The notes beneath the pieces are model-generated. The model had not been told where the DNA came from and did no database searches. It saw only the letters and a list, made by a program, of their open reading frames with translations. DNA of 64,000 bases from an uncultured Actinomycetes bacterium (GTDB lineage Bacteria; Actinomycetota; UBA4738; HRBIN12), in assembly GCA_963704725.1 (NCBI GenBank), contig OY969934.1, forward strand, positions 2,016,001 through 2,080,000. Direction: 5' to 3'. Below are positions 41,916-52,087 of the stretch, one piece after another. Numbering within the stretch: position 1 is the first letter of the stretch; the number at the start of each line of letters is the position of its first letter. The position numbers and the translations under genes were made by a program.

Positions 41916-43295
41916 TCATCCGCGTTCGACGAGGCGACCCGGACCGTCGCCGCGACGGCGGAACCCCGCCACGAACATCGCGTCGCACCCGTGGCGATGA
42001 GGCCACAGCCGGATCCGGGTCGCCGGGCCGTCGGGACCGGGCAGCTCGACGGGCTCCAGGTCGGGACGATGCCGGACGATCGCGTCGCACGCGGCGTCGG
42101 TCTCGGCCCGGGGGAACGTGCACACGCTGTACACGAGGCGGCCGCCGGGGCGCAGGAGGCCGGCCACCCCGGCCACGATGGCCACCTGCAGCCGGGCCAG
42201 CGCGGACAGCTCCTCGCGGCGGAACCGCCACAGCAGCTCCGGCCGCCGCCGTGCCGAACCGATCCCCGAGCACGGGGCATCGACGAGGATCCGGTCGAAC
42301 GGGCCTCGCACGGCGGGCTCCCGCCCGTCCTGGACCAGCACGCGGGCGGCGACGCCCAGACGCTCGAGGGTCTGGGCGACGAGCCCGGCGCGATGCGGCC
42401 GCGCGTCCGAGGCCACGAGCGAGCCGCCCGGTCCGACCAGACACGCCAGGTGCCCGGACTTGCCCCCCGGCCCGGCGCAGGCATCGAGCACCCGCTCCCC
42501 CGTTTGCGGGTCGACGCACTCCACGACGAACGAGGAGGCCTCGTCCTGCACGGCGAACCAGCCCTGATCGAACCCCGGGAGCGAGGACGGCGCGCCGGCC
42601 GAGACGACGAGGGAGCCGGAGTGGATCCGGCCGCGCTCGACCTCCACCCCCGCGCCGCGAAGGGCCGCCTCGAGGTCCTCCACACCCGTGCGACACGTGT
42701 TCGTCCGCAGCGTGGTCCGGGCCGGCTCCGCCAGGGCCGCCGCCGCCGTCTCCGCCTCGTCGCCGAGCTGCCGGCGAAGCTCGCTCACCGCCCAGGGGTC
42801 GAGCCCCGTGCGGATCGCGATCGCCTCGTCGTCGTCGCCGTCTGCGGGCGGAGCCCCCTGCGACGCGAGCCGGCGGAGCACGGCGTTCGCCAACCCGCGA
42901 TACCGGCGCTCCGCCAGCGCCACGCTCTCCCCCACGGCGGCGTGCGGCGGGATGCGCGTGTACAGGATCTGGTAGGCCCCCAACCGGAGCACGGCCCGGG
43001 CCGCCGCCGGGGCGTCCTCGAGCGGGCGATCCAACAGCGGGGCGAGGGCGTGGTCGAGCGCCAGACGCCGCCGCAGCGTGCCGTAGGCCAGCTCGGTGGC
43101 GAGGGCGGCATCCCGGCCGGTCAGGCCCGCCGACGCGATCGTCCTCGCGACCGCGAGGTTGGAGTACGCGCCCTGGTCGGTGACGCGCCGGACGACGTCG
43201 AGCGCCACGGCCCGGGCGTCCCGCCGCTGCGGAGCGGGCCGGGCGGGCCCCCGGGCGCGGCTCGACCCACGCCGCCGGTCGGAGGGCGTGTTCAT
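41916..43295 (-). CDS. rsmB: 16S rRNA m5C967 methyltransferase
   Basis: NusB-like N-terminus, VQDEAS, DACAGPGGK, DAPCSG, YSVCT. Confidence 0.94.
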   Translation of the reverse strand: MNTPSDRRRGSSRARGPARPAPQRRDARAVALDVVRRVTDQGAYSNLAVARTIASAGLTGRDAALATELAYGTLRRRLALDHALAPLLDRPLEDAPAAARAVLRLGAYQILYTRIPPHAAVGESVALAERRYRGLANAVLRRLASQGAPPADGDDDEAIAIRTGLDPWAVSELRRQLGDEAETAAAALAEPARTTLRTNTCRTGVEDLEAALRGAGVEVERGRIHSGSLVVSAGAPSSLPGFDQGWFAVQDEASSFVVECVDPQTGERVLDACAGPGGKSGHLACLVGPGGSLVASDARPHRAGLVAQTLERLGVAARVLVQDGREPAVRGPFDRILVDAPCSGIGSARRRPELLWRFRREELSALARLQVAIVAGVAGLLRPGGRLVYSVCTFPRAETDAACDAIVRHRPDLEPVELPGPDGPATRIRLWPHRHGCDAMFVAGFRRRGDGPGRLVERG

Positions 43296-44251
43296 CCCAG
43301 GCGCTCGCCGACCCTCGGCCGTAGGCCGTTCACCAGGTCGGCACCCGACATCCGTCTCCGCCCGGCGGGCGCGACCTCGAGCGGGCGGAATCCACCTGCG
43401 GCGGTGCCGACGACGATGCCCGCCTTCGTCACCGCGACGATCTCGCCCTGCGGCCCGCCCCCGTCCACCGCGTCCGCTCGGTAGACCTTCAGGGGGTCGC
43501 CCCGGAACGACGTCTGCGCGGCCGGAGCCGGCGAGAGCGCGCGACACAGCGCCACCAGCGCCTCGGCGGGTTGGGACCAGTCGAGCGCCCGGTCCTGCGG
43601 CCCGAGCTTCGGGGCGTACGTCGCGAGCGCATCGTCCTGCGGCGTCGGAGCGAAGCCTTCGGTGCACAGCAGCCCGACGCTGTCGACCAGGATCTCCGCG
43701 CCCACCCCGGCGAGCCGCGCCCCCAGCGTCCCGGCGTCGTCCTCGGGCTCGACGACGACCTCCCGCTGCATCACGACCGGGCCCGTGTCGAGGCCCTCGT
43801 CCATGACGATCGTCGTCACCCCGGTGCGATCCATGCCGACCCGAAGGGCGGACTGGACCGGGCTCGCCCCGCGGAGCGCCGGCAGGAGCGAGAAGTGCAG
43901 GTTGACCGGGGCGACCGCCGGGAGCTCGAGCACGGTCCGGGGCAGGATCTCTCCGTAGGCGACGACGACCAGGACTTCGGGTCTCGCGCCGGCGAGCAGG
44001 TCGAACCCGTCCCCCCGCTTGACCGTGTCGACCTCGGCCAGGGGCAGGCCCAGCTCACGGGCGGCGGAGGCGACGGCCGTCGGCGTGGGGTGGTTCCCCC
44101 GACCGGCGGGCTTCGGCGGCGCGGTCGCGACCACGACGACGTCATGGATCGATCCGGCCAGCGCTCGGAGCGACGGGACGGACCACGCGTCGTTCCCGAG
44201 GAACGCGACGCGCGCGGGCCGGTCCCGTCCCGAGCCCGCGGGAGCGGGCAC
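43292..44251 (-). CDS. fmt: Methionyl-tRNA formyltransferase
   Basis: VVAYG, NLHFSLLP, GLDTG, TYAPKL; follows def with TAGTG overlap. Confidence 0.93.
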   Translation of the reverse strand: MPAPAGSGRDRPARVAFLGNDAWSVPSLRALAGSIHDVVVVATAPPKPAGRGNHPTPTAVASAARELGLPLAEVDTVKRGDGFDLLAGARPEVLVVVAYGEILPRTVLELPAVAPVNLHFSLLPALRGASPVQSALRVGMDRTGVTTIVMDEGLDTGPVVMQREVVVEPEDDAGTLGARLAGVGAEILVDSVGLLCTEGFAPTPQDDALATYAPKLGPQDRALDWSQPAEALVALCRALSPAPAAQTSFRGDPLKVYRADAVDGGGPQGEIVAVTKAGIVVGTAAGGFRPLEVAPAGRRRMSGADLVNGLRPRVGERLG

Positions 44252-44757
44252 TAGCCCCCCTGGGCGCGCTTGAGCTCCAGCTCGCGGAGCTGCCGCATCA
44301 CGTCGCGGCGACCGGCGTCGTCGAGGCGGTCGATGTAGAGCATGCCGTTCAGGTGATCGGTCTCGTGCTGGAAGATCCGCGCGAGGTATCCCTCGACCTG
44401 CAGGTCGACCGTCTCTCCGTGCACGTCCTGCGCGCGGAGCCGGACGCTCTGGGCCCGGGGCGTCTCGTGATAGGGCCCGGGGATCGACAAGCAGCCCTCC
44501 GAGTCCCGCTGCTCCCCCTCGAGGTCCGACAGCGACGGGTTGGCCAGGAAGCCGCTGTGGCCCTCGCGGTCGTCGTACGCGAAGCAGGCCAGCGACAGGC
44601 CGACCTGATTGGCCGCCAATCCCACGCCGGGAGCCTCGTACATCGTCTCGAGCATGTCCTCGGCCAGACGCGCCAGCGCGACGTCGAACACCTCGACGGG
44701 TCGGCAGGACCTTCGCAGGACTGGGTCGCCCAGCGTCCGGACCGGCATGAGCGTCAC
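44251..44757 (-). CDS. def: Peptide deformylase
   Basis: GVGLAANQ, EGCLS, QHETDHL. Confidence 0.97.
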   Translation of the reverse strand: MTLMPVRTLGDPVLRRSCRPVEVFDVALARLAEDMLETMYEAPGVGLAANQVGLSLACFAYDDREGHSGFLANPSLSDLEGEQRDSEGCLSIPGPYHETPRAQSVRLRAQDVHGETVDLQVEGYLARIFQHETDHLNGMLYIDRLDDAGRRDVMRQLRELELKRAQGG

Positions 44758-44767
44758 GCCCCACTCC

Positions 44768-46666
44768 TCACAGATGCGGTTCGGCCTCGACCCTCGTCAC
44801 GACACCGCGCTCCGCGAGCCGACGAACCGCCGCGCCGAACGCGGCCAGGTCCCCGGGGTCGAGGGCGACCAAGCATACCGTCTGGTCTCCGAGCGCCGAG
44901 ATGAGCAGCGTCCGAGGCCCCAGGCGTGTCAGCTCCGCCTCGAGCTCGTCGGTGCCGGCGACGCGGAACACCGGCGCGCCGACGGGGAACCCCGCCTCCG
45001 CGAGCCTGGGGGCCTCGGTCCGCGCGAAGCGATCCGGCCTGCCGGTCACCAACGCCTGCACGGCATGGTCGTTCGGCCGGCCGGCCTGGATGACGACCCG
45101 TCCACCGGGCCCGGTCCACGCCGCGACCTCGGCCCACGCGGAGAGCGCGCGCTCCCGCGCCGCGATGCCCGGCCGACGGAGCGAGGCGTCGGCGTTCAGG
45201 ATGCCGACGAGGTCCGCGTCGACCCGCCCGAAGTCCTTCACGGCGTCGATCCCGCCCACGACGACCTCCGCGTCCCCCGGCGGCGACGGCCGGTCGCGCG
45301 GTCCGAGCCGCCGAACGGGAACCGCGGCGACCCCCCGGGCCCATTCCTCCACCCGCTCGGCCCCGCCGCGCGCCACGCCGAAGTCGGACGCCCCGCACGT
45401 CGCGCATCGCCCCGGCGCCTCGCACACCGTGCAACGGAAGGCCCCCTCCTCGGACCGCAGGGAACCGCCACAGACGGCGCACGCCGCCAGCTCGCCGCAG
45501 GCCCGGCACACGCGAGCCATGCCGTATCCGCGCATCGGCTCGAACAGGAACGCCCGCCGCGCCTCCCGCAGCACCCGCACCAACCTCGGCGCACGCCCCT
45601 CGGGTCCCGGCTTCACCACCTCGACCGGCGGCCACCGCCGCCCCTTCGGCTCCACGTCCACGTGCGGCATCGTCTGCGCCTCCATCGACGGCATCACCGA
45701 CGCCATCACGCACACCGCCCCCTCGATCCGCGCCCGCTCCGCCGCCACCTCGCGCGCGTGGAAGTGCGGCGCCCGCTCCTCCCGATGCAGCGCATGGTGC
45801 TCCCGCGCCACCACCACGACCCCCAGGTCCTCGAGCGGCGCGAACACTGCCGGCCGGGTCCCCACCACCACCCGATACCTCCCCGCCCCGATCCCCAGCC
45901 ACATCCGGTACCGCTCCCGCTTCTCCCCCCCGAAGAAGCACGCCACCGAATCCCCGAACTCCCCCACCACCGCAGCGACGGTCACGGGTGTCGGATCCAC
46001 CTCCGGCACCACCACGATCGCCGACCTCCCCGCCGCCAGCGCCGCCCCCACGCACTCCACGACCAACGCGGCATCGTCCCCAGGAGCCGTCCGAAGAAGG
46101 AAGGTGCCCGAGCCGTCGCGAACCGCGTCCAGCAGGCGAGGCCCGTTCGCGTATCCGTCCAAGAGCTTCGGCAGGGCGGGGGCGCCGTCGCGGAGGGGTC
46201 GGGGAGGAGGAGCGAAGCTCGACGTACCCGTCTCGAGCAGGGGCCCCTCGCCGGAGCGACGAAGGAACCGCGACCCCGCATCGGCGACGCCCCCGCCCAC
46301 CCCGGCGACCTCCTCGCCGGCCACCCGAGGCGGGACACCCCGCCCGATCACCGCCGCCAGCGGCGACACGTACCGCTCCGACATCCACCGGTACAGGGAC
46401 AACAGCCGATCGTCGAAGAACCGCACGGGCGACACCAGCTTGTGGATGGGCAGCATCCGCGGAGGGACGTCGTCGGTCGTTCCGAGCACCCATCCGCGCA
46501 CGAGCTTGCCGTGGAACCGCACCTGCACGAGCGACCCGACGCCGGCGTCCAGCTCTCCGGGGAGCTCGTAGGTGAACGGACGGTCGAGCGCCAACAGGGG
46601 CCGGTCGACGCAGACGGCGACGGGGCCCGAGATCGGTGGGCTACTCGAACGCGCGGCGGAGCTCAT
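44768..46666 (-). CDS. priA: Primosomal protein N' (helicase-degenerate type)
   Basis: [15 protein letters not shown], four CxxC pairs, GAERVEE; between metK and def. Confidence 0.9.
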   Translation of the reverse strand: MSSAARSSSPPISGPVAVCVDRPLLALDRPFTYELPGELDAGVGSLVQVRFHGKLVRGWVLGTTDDVPPRMLPIHKLVSPVRFFDDRLLSLYRWMSERYVSPLAAVIGRGVPPRVAGEEVAGVGGGVADAGSRFLRRSGEGPLLETGTSSFAPPPRPLRDGAPALPKLLDGYANGPRLLDAVRDGSGTFLLRTAPGDDAALVVECVGAALAAGRSAIVVVPEVDPTPVTVAAVVGEFGDSVACFFGGEKRERYRMWLGIGAGRYRVVVGTRPAVFAPLEDLGVVVVAREHHALHREERAPHFHAREVAAERARIEGAVCVMASVMPSMEAQTMPHVDVEPKGRRWPPVEVVKPGPEGRAPRLVRVLREARRAFLFEPMRGYGMARVCRACGELAACAVCGGSLRSEEGAFRCTVCEAPGRCATCGASDFGVARGGAERVEEWARGVAAVPVRRLGPRDRPSPPGDAEVVVGGIDAVKDFGRVDADLVGILNADASLRRPGIAARERALSAWAEVAAWTGPGGRVVIQAGRPNDHAVQALVTGRPDRFARTEAPRLAEAGFPVGAPVFRVAGTDELEAELTRLGPRTLLISALGDQTVCLVALDPGDLAAFGAAVRRLAERGVVTRVEAEPHL

Positions 46667-47828
46667 CCGCGCGGTCGGTCGCCTCCCACGGGAACTCCTT
46701 GCGGCCGAAATGTCCGTAGGCGGCCGTGTCTCGGTAGATGGGCCGCCGCAGGTCGAGGTCTCGGATGATCGCCGCGGGACGGAAGTCGAAGGCGTCCCAC
46801 ACCAGATCCGTCACGCGCTCCGGGTCCGCGTGCTCGGTCCCGAAGGTGTCGATGGCCAGAGAGACCGGGTGGGCCGTGCCGATGGCGTACGCCACCTGGA
46901 TCTGCAGCCGGTCGGCGAGGCCGGCCGCCACGAGGTTCTTCGCGACGTAGCGGGCCATGTACGCCGCCGAGCGGTCGACCTTCGTCGGATCCTTGCCCGA
47001 GAAGCAGCCGCCGCCGTGCGGCGCCATCCCTCCGTAGCTGTCGACCATGATCTTGCGGCCCGTCAGGCCCGTGTCCGCCTTGGGGCCGCCGATCTCGAAC
47101 CGGCCGGTCGGGTTCACGAGCACCCGCACGTCCTCGGCGTCGAGCTCGAACTCGCGCAGGACCGGGTCGATGACCTCGGCCTTCACGTCCGGCGCGAGCA
47201 GGGTTTCGACGTCGACCTCCTCGCGGTGCTGCGCGGCGATGAGGACGGTGTTGACTCGCCGCGGGATCCGGTCCGCGTACTCGATCGAGACCTGGCTCTT
47301 GCCGTCCGGCCGCAGGTACGGGATCACCCCGGCCTTGCGGACGTCGGACAGCCGCCGGGCCAGGCGGTGGGCCATCGCGATCGGCAGCGGCATCAGCTCG
47401 TCCGTCTCGCGGCAGGCGAACCCGAACATCATCCCCTGGTCCCCGGCGCCGAGGGCGTCGAGCTGATCGGCCGAATGCCCCTCACGATGTTCGAGCGAGT
47501 CGTCGACGCCTCGGGCGATGTCGGCCGACTGCTCCTGGATCGAGGTCACGACGCCACACGTGTGGCCGTCGATGCCAAAGTTGGAGTCCGTGTAACCGAT
47601 CTCCGTGATCGTGTCCCGGACCACCTGGGGGATGTCGACGTACTCGGAGGTCGAGATCTCTCCAGCCACGATCACGAGGCCGGTGGTGACGAGCGTCTCG
47701 CACGCCACCCGCCCCACGGGATCCACCGCGAGGATCGCGTCCAAGATGGCATCGGAGATCTGATCGGCGAGCTTGTCGGGGTGCCCCTCGGTGACGGATT
47801 CCGAGGAGAAGAGGTAGCCGTGACTCAT
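46641..47828 (-). CDS. metK: S-adenosylmethionine synthetase
   Basis: [38 protein letters not shown]. Confidence 0.98.
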   Translation of the reverse strand: MSHGYLFSSESVTEGHPDKLADQISDAILDAILAVDPVGRVACETLVTTGLVIVAGEISTSEYVDIPQVVRDTITEIGYTDSNFGIDGHTCGVVTSIQEQSADIARGVDDSLEHREGHSADQLDALGAGDQGMMFGFACRETDELMPLPIAMAHRLARRLSDVRKAGVIPYLRPDGKSQVSIEYADRIPRRVNTVLIAAQHREEVDVETLLAPDVKAEVIDPVLREFELDAEDVRVLVNPTGRFEIGGPKADTGLTGRKIMVDSYGGMAPHGGGCFSGKDPTKVDRSAAYMARYVAKNLVAAGLADRLQIQVAYAIGTAHPVSLAIDTFGTEHADPERVTDLVWDAFDFRPAAIIRDLDLRRPIYRDTAAYGHFGRKEFPWEATDRADELRRAFE

Positions 47829-47874
47829 GTCGGCGGAGCATAGCAGCCCCCTCGGACCCGCCCGAGAGCGGCGG

Positions 47875-49086
47875 TCAGCGTGTGAGGAGCTTGGCGATCC
47901 GGTCGCAGATCGCGCCGGCGAGGTCGGCCTTCGTCCAGTCCCGGATCGGCTCGTCCTCCCCCGAAGCCGACAGGATGGCGGCCCGGTTGGTGTCGGAGCC
48001 GAACCCGGTGCCCGCGCGGCCGACCTCGTTGGCCACGAGGAGGTCGAGGTGCTTGCGCTCGAGCTTGGCTCGCCCGGCGGGCTCGGGCTCTCCCGTCTCG
48101 GCCGCGAAGCCGACCAGGATGCGATCGCGCTTGTCCGACCCCAGCTCGGCCAGGATGTCCGGCGTCGGGACGAGGTGGATCTGGGGCGGCCCCGTCTCCT
48201 TCTTGAGCTTCGACTCGGATGCCGCCGCGGGTCGGAAGTCGGCGACCGCGGCCGCCATCACGATCACGTCGGCGTCCTCGGCCGCCCCGAGCACCGCGGC
48301 TCGCATCTCCTGCGCCGTCGTCACGCGGACGATCGTGGGTCCCTGCGGCGGGGGGATCGTGCCGGGACCGACCACGAGGGTGACGTCGGCCCCGCGCGCC
48401 GCGGCCTCCGCGGCCACGGCGAACCCCATGCGGCCGCTCGACCGGTTGCCGATGAACCGGACCGGGTCGAGGGGCTCCCACGTGGGGCCGGCGGTGACCA
48501 CCACACGACGCCCGGCCAGGTCCCGGCCGTGGGCGAGCGTCTCGACCACGGCCTCGAGGATCTGTTCCGGCTCGCTCATCCGTCCCATCCCCTCGTCGCC
48601 GGCGGCGAGGGAGCCGCTCACCGGACCGACCACGCGCGCCCCGCGCTCGACGAGCGCCGCCAGGTTGGCCTGCGTCGCGGCGTGCCGCCACATGCCGCTG
48701 TGCATCGCGGGGGCCAGGACGAGCGGCGCGTCCGCCTCCAGCAGCGTCGAGGTGAGGAGGTCGTCGGCGATGCCGAAGGTGAGCTTTGCGATCACGTTGG
48801 CCGTCGCCGGCGCCACCACCACCACGTCCGCCTCGTGCGCGAGCCGGACGTGCAGCACCTGGCCCGGCTCCTCGAACAGGTCCGTGTACACCCGCTGGTC
48901 GGACAGCGACGCGAAGGTGGCCGGGCCGACGAAGCGCTCCGCCGTGTGGGTCATCACCACCCGGACGGAGGCACCCCGCAGCCGCAGCAGCCGCGTGAGG
49001 ATGCAGGCCTTGTACGCGGCGATGCCGCCCGTGACCCCGAGCAGGACGCGTCGACCGCTGAGAACGGGGGAGACGTTGGGATCCAC
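47875..49086 (-). CDS. coaBC: Phosphopantothenoylcysteine decarboxylase/synthase
   Basis: [37 protein letters not shown]. Confidence 0.96.
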   Translation of the reverse strand: MDPNVSPVLSGRRVLLGVTGGIAAYKACILTRLLRLRGASVRVVMTHTAERFVGPATFASLSDQRVYTDLFEEPGQVLHVRLAHEADVVVVAPATANVIAKLTFGIADDLLTSTLLEADAPLVLAPAMHSGMWRHAATQANLAALVERGARVVGPVSGSLAAGDEGMGRMSEPEQILEAVVETLAHGRDLAGRRVVVTAGPTWEPLDPVRFIGNRSSGRMGFAVAAEAAARGADVTLVVGPGTIPPPQGPTIVRVTTAQEMRAAVLGAAEDADVIVMAAAVADFRPAAASESKLKKETGPPQIHLVPTPDILAELGSDKRDRILVGFAAETGEPEPAGRAKLERKHLDLLVANEVGRAGTGFGSDTNRAAILSASGEDEPIRDWTKADLAGAICDRIAKLLTR

Positions 49087-49120
49087 TGCCCCACCTCCGC
49101 TGGCGGCTCCCGGCGCGACG

Positions 49121-49363
49121 CTACTCGGGCGTGACCTCGGTGCGCTCGCCGCTGATCTTGCCCTCGGCGATCTCCTCGAGCGCGATCGACAGCGGCTTGT
49201 TCTTCAGGCCGGTCTCGACGAGCGGGGGGATGAACTCCGCGCGGCCCTCGCCGAGCTGGTTGTAGTACGAGTTGATCTCGCGGGCGCGCTTGGCCGCCAG
49301 GATCACCAGCGTGTACTTGGAGTCCACCTGGGCGAGCAGATCGTCGATCTTGGGATCGATCAT
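49121..49363 (-). CDS. rpoZ: RNA polymerase omega subunit
   Basis: [30 protein letters not shown]. Confidence 0.96.
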   Translation of the reverse strand: MIDPKIDDLLAQVDSKYTLVILAAKRAREINSYYNQLGEGRAEFIPPLVETGLKNKPLSIALEEIAEGKISGERTEVTPE

Positions 49364-49980
49364 GGGTTCGCGGAACCTCCGGGGTCGGGCTCTCCGGTCG
49401 CGCCATCTGGCGGCCGCCGGGACCTCTGGATGATAGCAGCGACCTGCGACGATGCAGCTTCGACGTCCTCGTTGACCACCACGTGGTCGAACAGGTCGCG
49501 CTGCTCGAGCTCCGATTCGGCCTCGGCCAGCCGGCGGGCGAGGCGCTCCTCGTCCTCGCTCGCCCGCGTCCGGAGCCGCCGTTCCAGCTCCTCGGCGGAG
49601 GGCGGCTCGAGGAAGATCAGCACGGCCTCGGGGATCGCCTCGCGGACCTTCCGAGCGCCCTGCACGTCGATCTCGAGCACGACGTCGGCTCCCTCCGAAA
49701 GCGTGCGCTCCACCCACGCGCGGGGGGTGCCGTACCGCTTGCCGAACACCTCCGCCCACTCGAGCAGGCCGTCCTGCTCCACCAGTCGGTCGAACTCGTC
49801 GGGCGAGACGAAACGGTAGTCGACCCCGTCCCGCTCCCCGAGCGAGGCGCGGGGCGCTCGGGTCGTCGCCGAGATCGAGAGGCGGAGCCCCGGCACCCGT
49901 TCCAGGACGCGCCGGACGACGGTTCCCTTGCCGACGCCGGACGGACCGGCGATCACGAAGAGCGTGCCGCGCCGTTCGAT
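49360..49980 (-). CDS. gmk: Guanylate kinase (start uncertain: GTG 49956 or ATC 49980)
   Basis: [31 protein letters not shown]. Confidence 0.93.
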   Translation of the reverse strand: MERRGTLFVIAGPSGVGKGTVVRRVLERVPGLRLSISATTRAPRASLGERDGVDYRFVSPDEFDRLVEQDGLLEWAEVFGKRYGTPRAWVERTLSEGADVVLEIDVQGARKVREAIPEAVLIFLEPPSAEELERRLRTRASEDEERLARRLAEAESELEQRDLFDHVVVNEDVEAASSQVAAIIQRSRRPPDGATGEPDPGGSANP

Positions 49981-49989
49981 GAGCGCGCG

Positions 49990-50304
49990 CTACTTCTTGG
50001 CGAACTCGGTGAGCAGCGAGTCGCGCTGCTTGGCGCCGAGGCCACGGACCCTGCGGCTCGCAGAGATGTCGAGCTTCTCCATGATCTTGCGCGCCCGGAC
50101 CTTCCCCACACCCGGGAGCGACTCGAGGACCGTGGAGACCTTCATCTTCCCGACGGTGTCGTCGCCAGGCCGGGAGAGCATGTCCTTGAGCGTGATCTTC
50201 CCGGACTTGAGCTGGCCCTTGAGCTCGGCACGCTTCCTGCGCGCCTCGGCCGCCTTCTCCAGAGCCTGCTTGCGCTGTTCATCCGTCAGGACGGGTAGGG
50301 GCAT
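49990..50304 (-). CDS. mihF: Actinobacterial integration host factor
   Basis: [40 protein letters not shown]. Confidence 0.96.
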   Translation of the reverse strand: MPLPVLTDEQRKQALEKAAEARRKRAELKGQLKSGKITLKDMLSRPGDDTVGKMKVSTVLESLPGVGKVRARKIMEKLDISASRRVRGLGAKQRDSLLTEFAKK

Positions 50305-50343
50305 GACAACACTCCTTCACTGATGGGAGCCGGGATCGTCGCG

Positions 50344-50373
50344 AGTATAGCCACGCCCTCCCGGGCGCCGCAA
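50344..50373 (-). promoter_or_regulatory. Promoter of the mihF-gmk-rpoZ operon
   Basis: TTGCGG-18 nt-TATACT upstream of SD GAAGGAG. Confidence 0.6.
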
Positions 50374-50420
50374 CGCGAACCATGCCTCCCGACCTGCGGT
50401 TTTCCTCGGCCCCACACCGA

Positions 50421-51104
50421 TCATCGAACGCTCGCCAGGATCGCTCGGGCCGCGCCGGCCGGATCGACGGACGCCGTGATGGGCCGCCCGACGACCAGAT
50501 AGTCCGCGCCGCGCTCGATCGCCTCCTCCGGAGTGAGGATGCGGACCTGGTCGTGTCCGTTGGAGCCGGCGGGGCGGATGCCGGGGACGACGAGACACGG
50601 CTCCTCGCCGAGGACCTCGCGGACCGTGACCACGTCCTCGCCCGAGACCACGATCCCGCCCGCGCCGGCGGCGCGGGCTTCGAACGCGAGCGATGCCGCC
50701 GACGCGAGCCCCTCCCCCGCCGAGCTCGACAGCACCGTCACCGCGAGCACGATGGGTGGCGCCGCGCCGGCCTCCTCGGCACCCGTCGCCGCACCGCGGA
50801 TCGCCGCCGCGATCATGGCCTCGCCCCCCAGCGCGTGCACGGTGAACATCGCGGCGCCGAGCCGCGCGACGTTGCGCGACGCGCGCTCCACCGTGGTGGG
50901 GATGTCGTGGAACTTGAGGTCCACGAACACCGGCCCGTACGGCAGGACCCGACGGAGCGCGTCGGGGCCGGCCGCCGAGAAGAGCTCGGACCCCACCTTG
51001 AACAACCCCACCGAGCCACGGAGGCCGCGCGCCAGCTCCTCGGCCGCGTCCGCGTCCGAGACGTCGAGCGCGACGGCGAGCGGGTTGTCCGGACGGGGGA
51101 TCAT
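50421..51104 (-). CDS. pyrF: Orotidine-5'-phosphate decarboxylase
   Basis: ALD, FKVG, DLKFHDIP, PGIR, DQxR, VGRPI. Confidence 0.95.
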   Translation of the reverse strand: MIPRPDNPLAVALDVSDADAAEELARGLRGSVGLFKVGSELFSAAGPDALRRVLPYGPVFVDLKFHDIPTTVERASRNVARLGAAMFTVHALGGEAMIAAAIRGAATGAEEAGAAPPIVLAVTVLSSSAGEGLASAASLAFEARAAGAGGIVVSGEDVVTVREVLGEEPCLVVPGIRPAGSNGHDQVRILTPEEAIERGADYLVVGRPITASVDPAGAARAILASVR

Positions 51105-52087
51105 CTCAGGGCCCCGGTGGTCCTGGCGGCCCCCGCCTCCGAGCGCGAGCCGGCGGCTGGGTCCTGCCGCGTCCGGAGCCGGCCCCGCAGGTCGGCCGGG
51201 GAGGCGATCCCCTTGGCCCGCAGGTACTCGAGCACGCCCCGCGCGATCTCCTCCGGCGCCGAGGGGTTCACCAGCAGGGCGGTCCCCACCTGCACGGCCC
51301 ACGCCCCGGCCAGCAGGAACTCGACGGCGTCGATGCCGGTGGTGACGCCGCCCACCCCCATGATCGGGACGTTCGGCAGCGCCCGGGCCACGCGGTGCAC
51401 GGCGGCCAGCGCGATCGGCTTGATCGCCGGGCCGGACAGCCGCCCCTCGGTGGCGGCCAGCCGGGGGCGGAGGCGCTCGGCGTCCACGGCCAGGCCGGGC
51501 ACCCCGTCGATCAGCGTGAGGCCCGACGCCCCCGCCCGCACGCAGGCCCGGGCGGTTCCCACGAGATCGGGCAGCAGGGGCGGGAGCTTGACGAACACCG
51601 GGACGCGGGAGTGCCGGGCGACCGAGCCGACGACCTCGTTCATCCGCTCGAGGTGGGCGTAGAAGGGATCGCCGTGCCGCTCGTCGTCCGGGGCCGACAG
51701 GTTGATCTCGAGGGCCACGATGCCGGGGCGCAGGTGGAGGTAGCTCGCGACCCGGATGTACTCGTCCGGCGTGGAGCCGGCCACCGAGGCGATCACCGGC
51801 ACCTGCGACCGCAGGAGCTTCGGCAGGTCCAGCTCGACGAACTCCTCGACGCCGGGGTTCTGCAGGCCGACCCACGACAGGAACCCCGACGGCGTCTCGG
51901 CGCCGCGCGGCGTCGGCGCGCCCTTGGACGGGGCCAGCGTGAGGCTGCGCGTGACGATCCCACCCAGCCGGTGCAGATCCACCAGACCGGGGATGTCGCG
52001 GCCCGTCCCCAGGCATCCCGACGCCGCGAGCACCGGATGCGGGAAGACGATCCCGCCCCCGAGATCGACCGCCAGCGTCTGCTTCAT
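51101..52087 (-). CDS. pyrD: Class 1B dihydroorotate dehydrogenase homolog, catalytic residues replaced
   Basis: AASG, GLQNPG, VFVKL, LSGPAIKP, GVGGV, VQVGTA; between pyrK and pyrF. Confidence 0.88.
   Translation of the reverse strand: MKQTLAVDLGGGIVFPHPVLAASGCLGTGRDIPGLVDLHRLGGIVTRSLTLAPSKGAPTPRGAETPSGFLSWVGLQNPGVEEFVELDLPKLLRSQVPVIASVAGSTPDEYIRVASYLHLRPGIVALEINLSAPDDERHGDPFYAHLERMNEVVGSVARHSRVPVFVKLPPLLPDLVGTARACVRAGASGLTLIDGVPGLAVDAERLRPRLAATEGRLSGPAIKPIALAAVHRVARALPNVPIMGVGGVTTGIDAVEFLLAGAWAVQVGTALLVNPSAPEEIARGVLEYLRAKGIASPADLRGRLRTRQDPAAGSRSEAGAARTTGALR

Noticed and set aside
39786-43484. 1232-aa plus-strand ORF and similar long ORFs (19336-22329, 29571-32240, 32018-34903, 53021-55927)
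   Set aside because: Stop-poor antisense frames of real genes in very GC-rich DNA; no recognisable domains.
43292-44764. Apparent long N-terminal extensions or fusions in the ORF track (fmt, carB, carA, pyrD, pyrF, recN, ribBA)
   Set aside because: These are open frames running over the upstream gene; conserved domains begin at the downstream starts given.
44768-46666. PriA lacking Walker A and DExH motifs
   Set aside because: Helicase-degenerate PriA is already known as typical of Actinobacteria.
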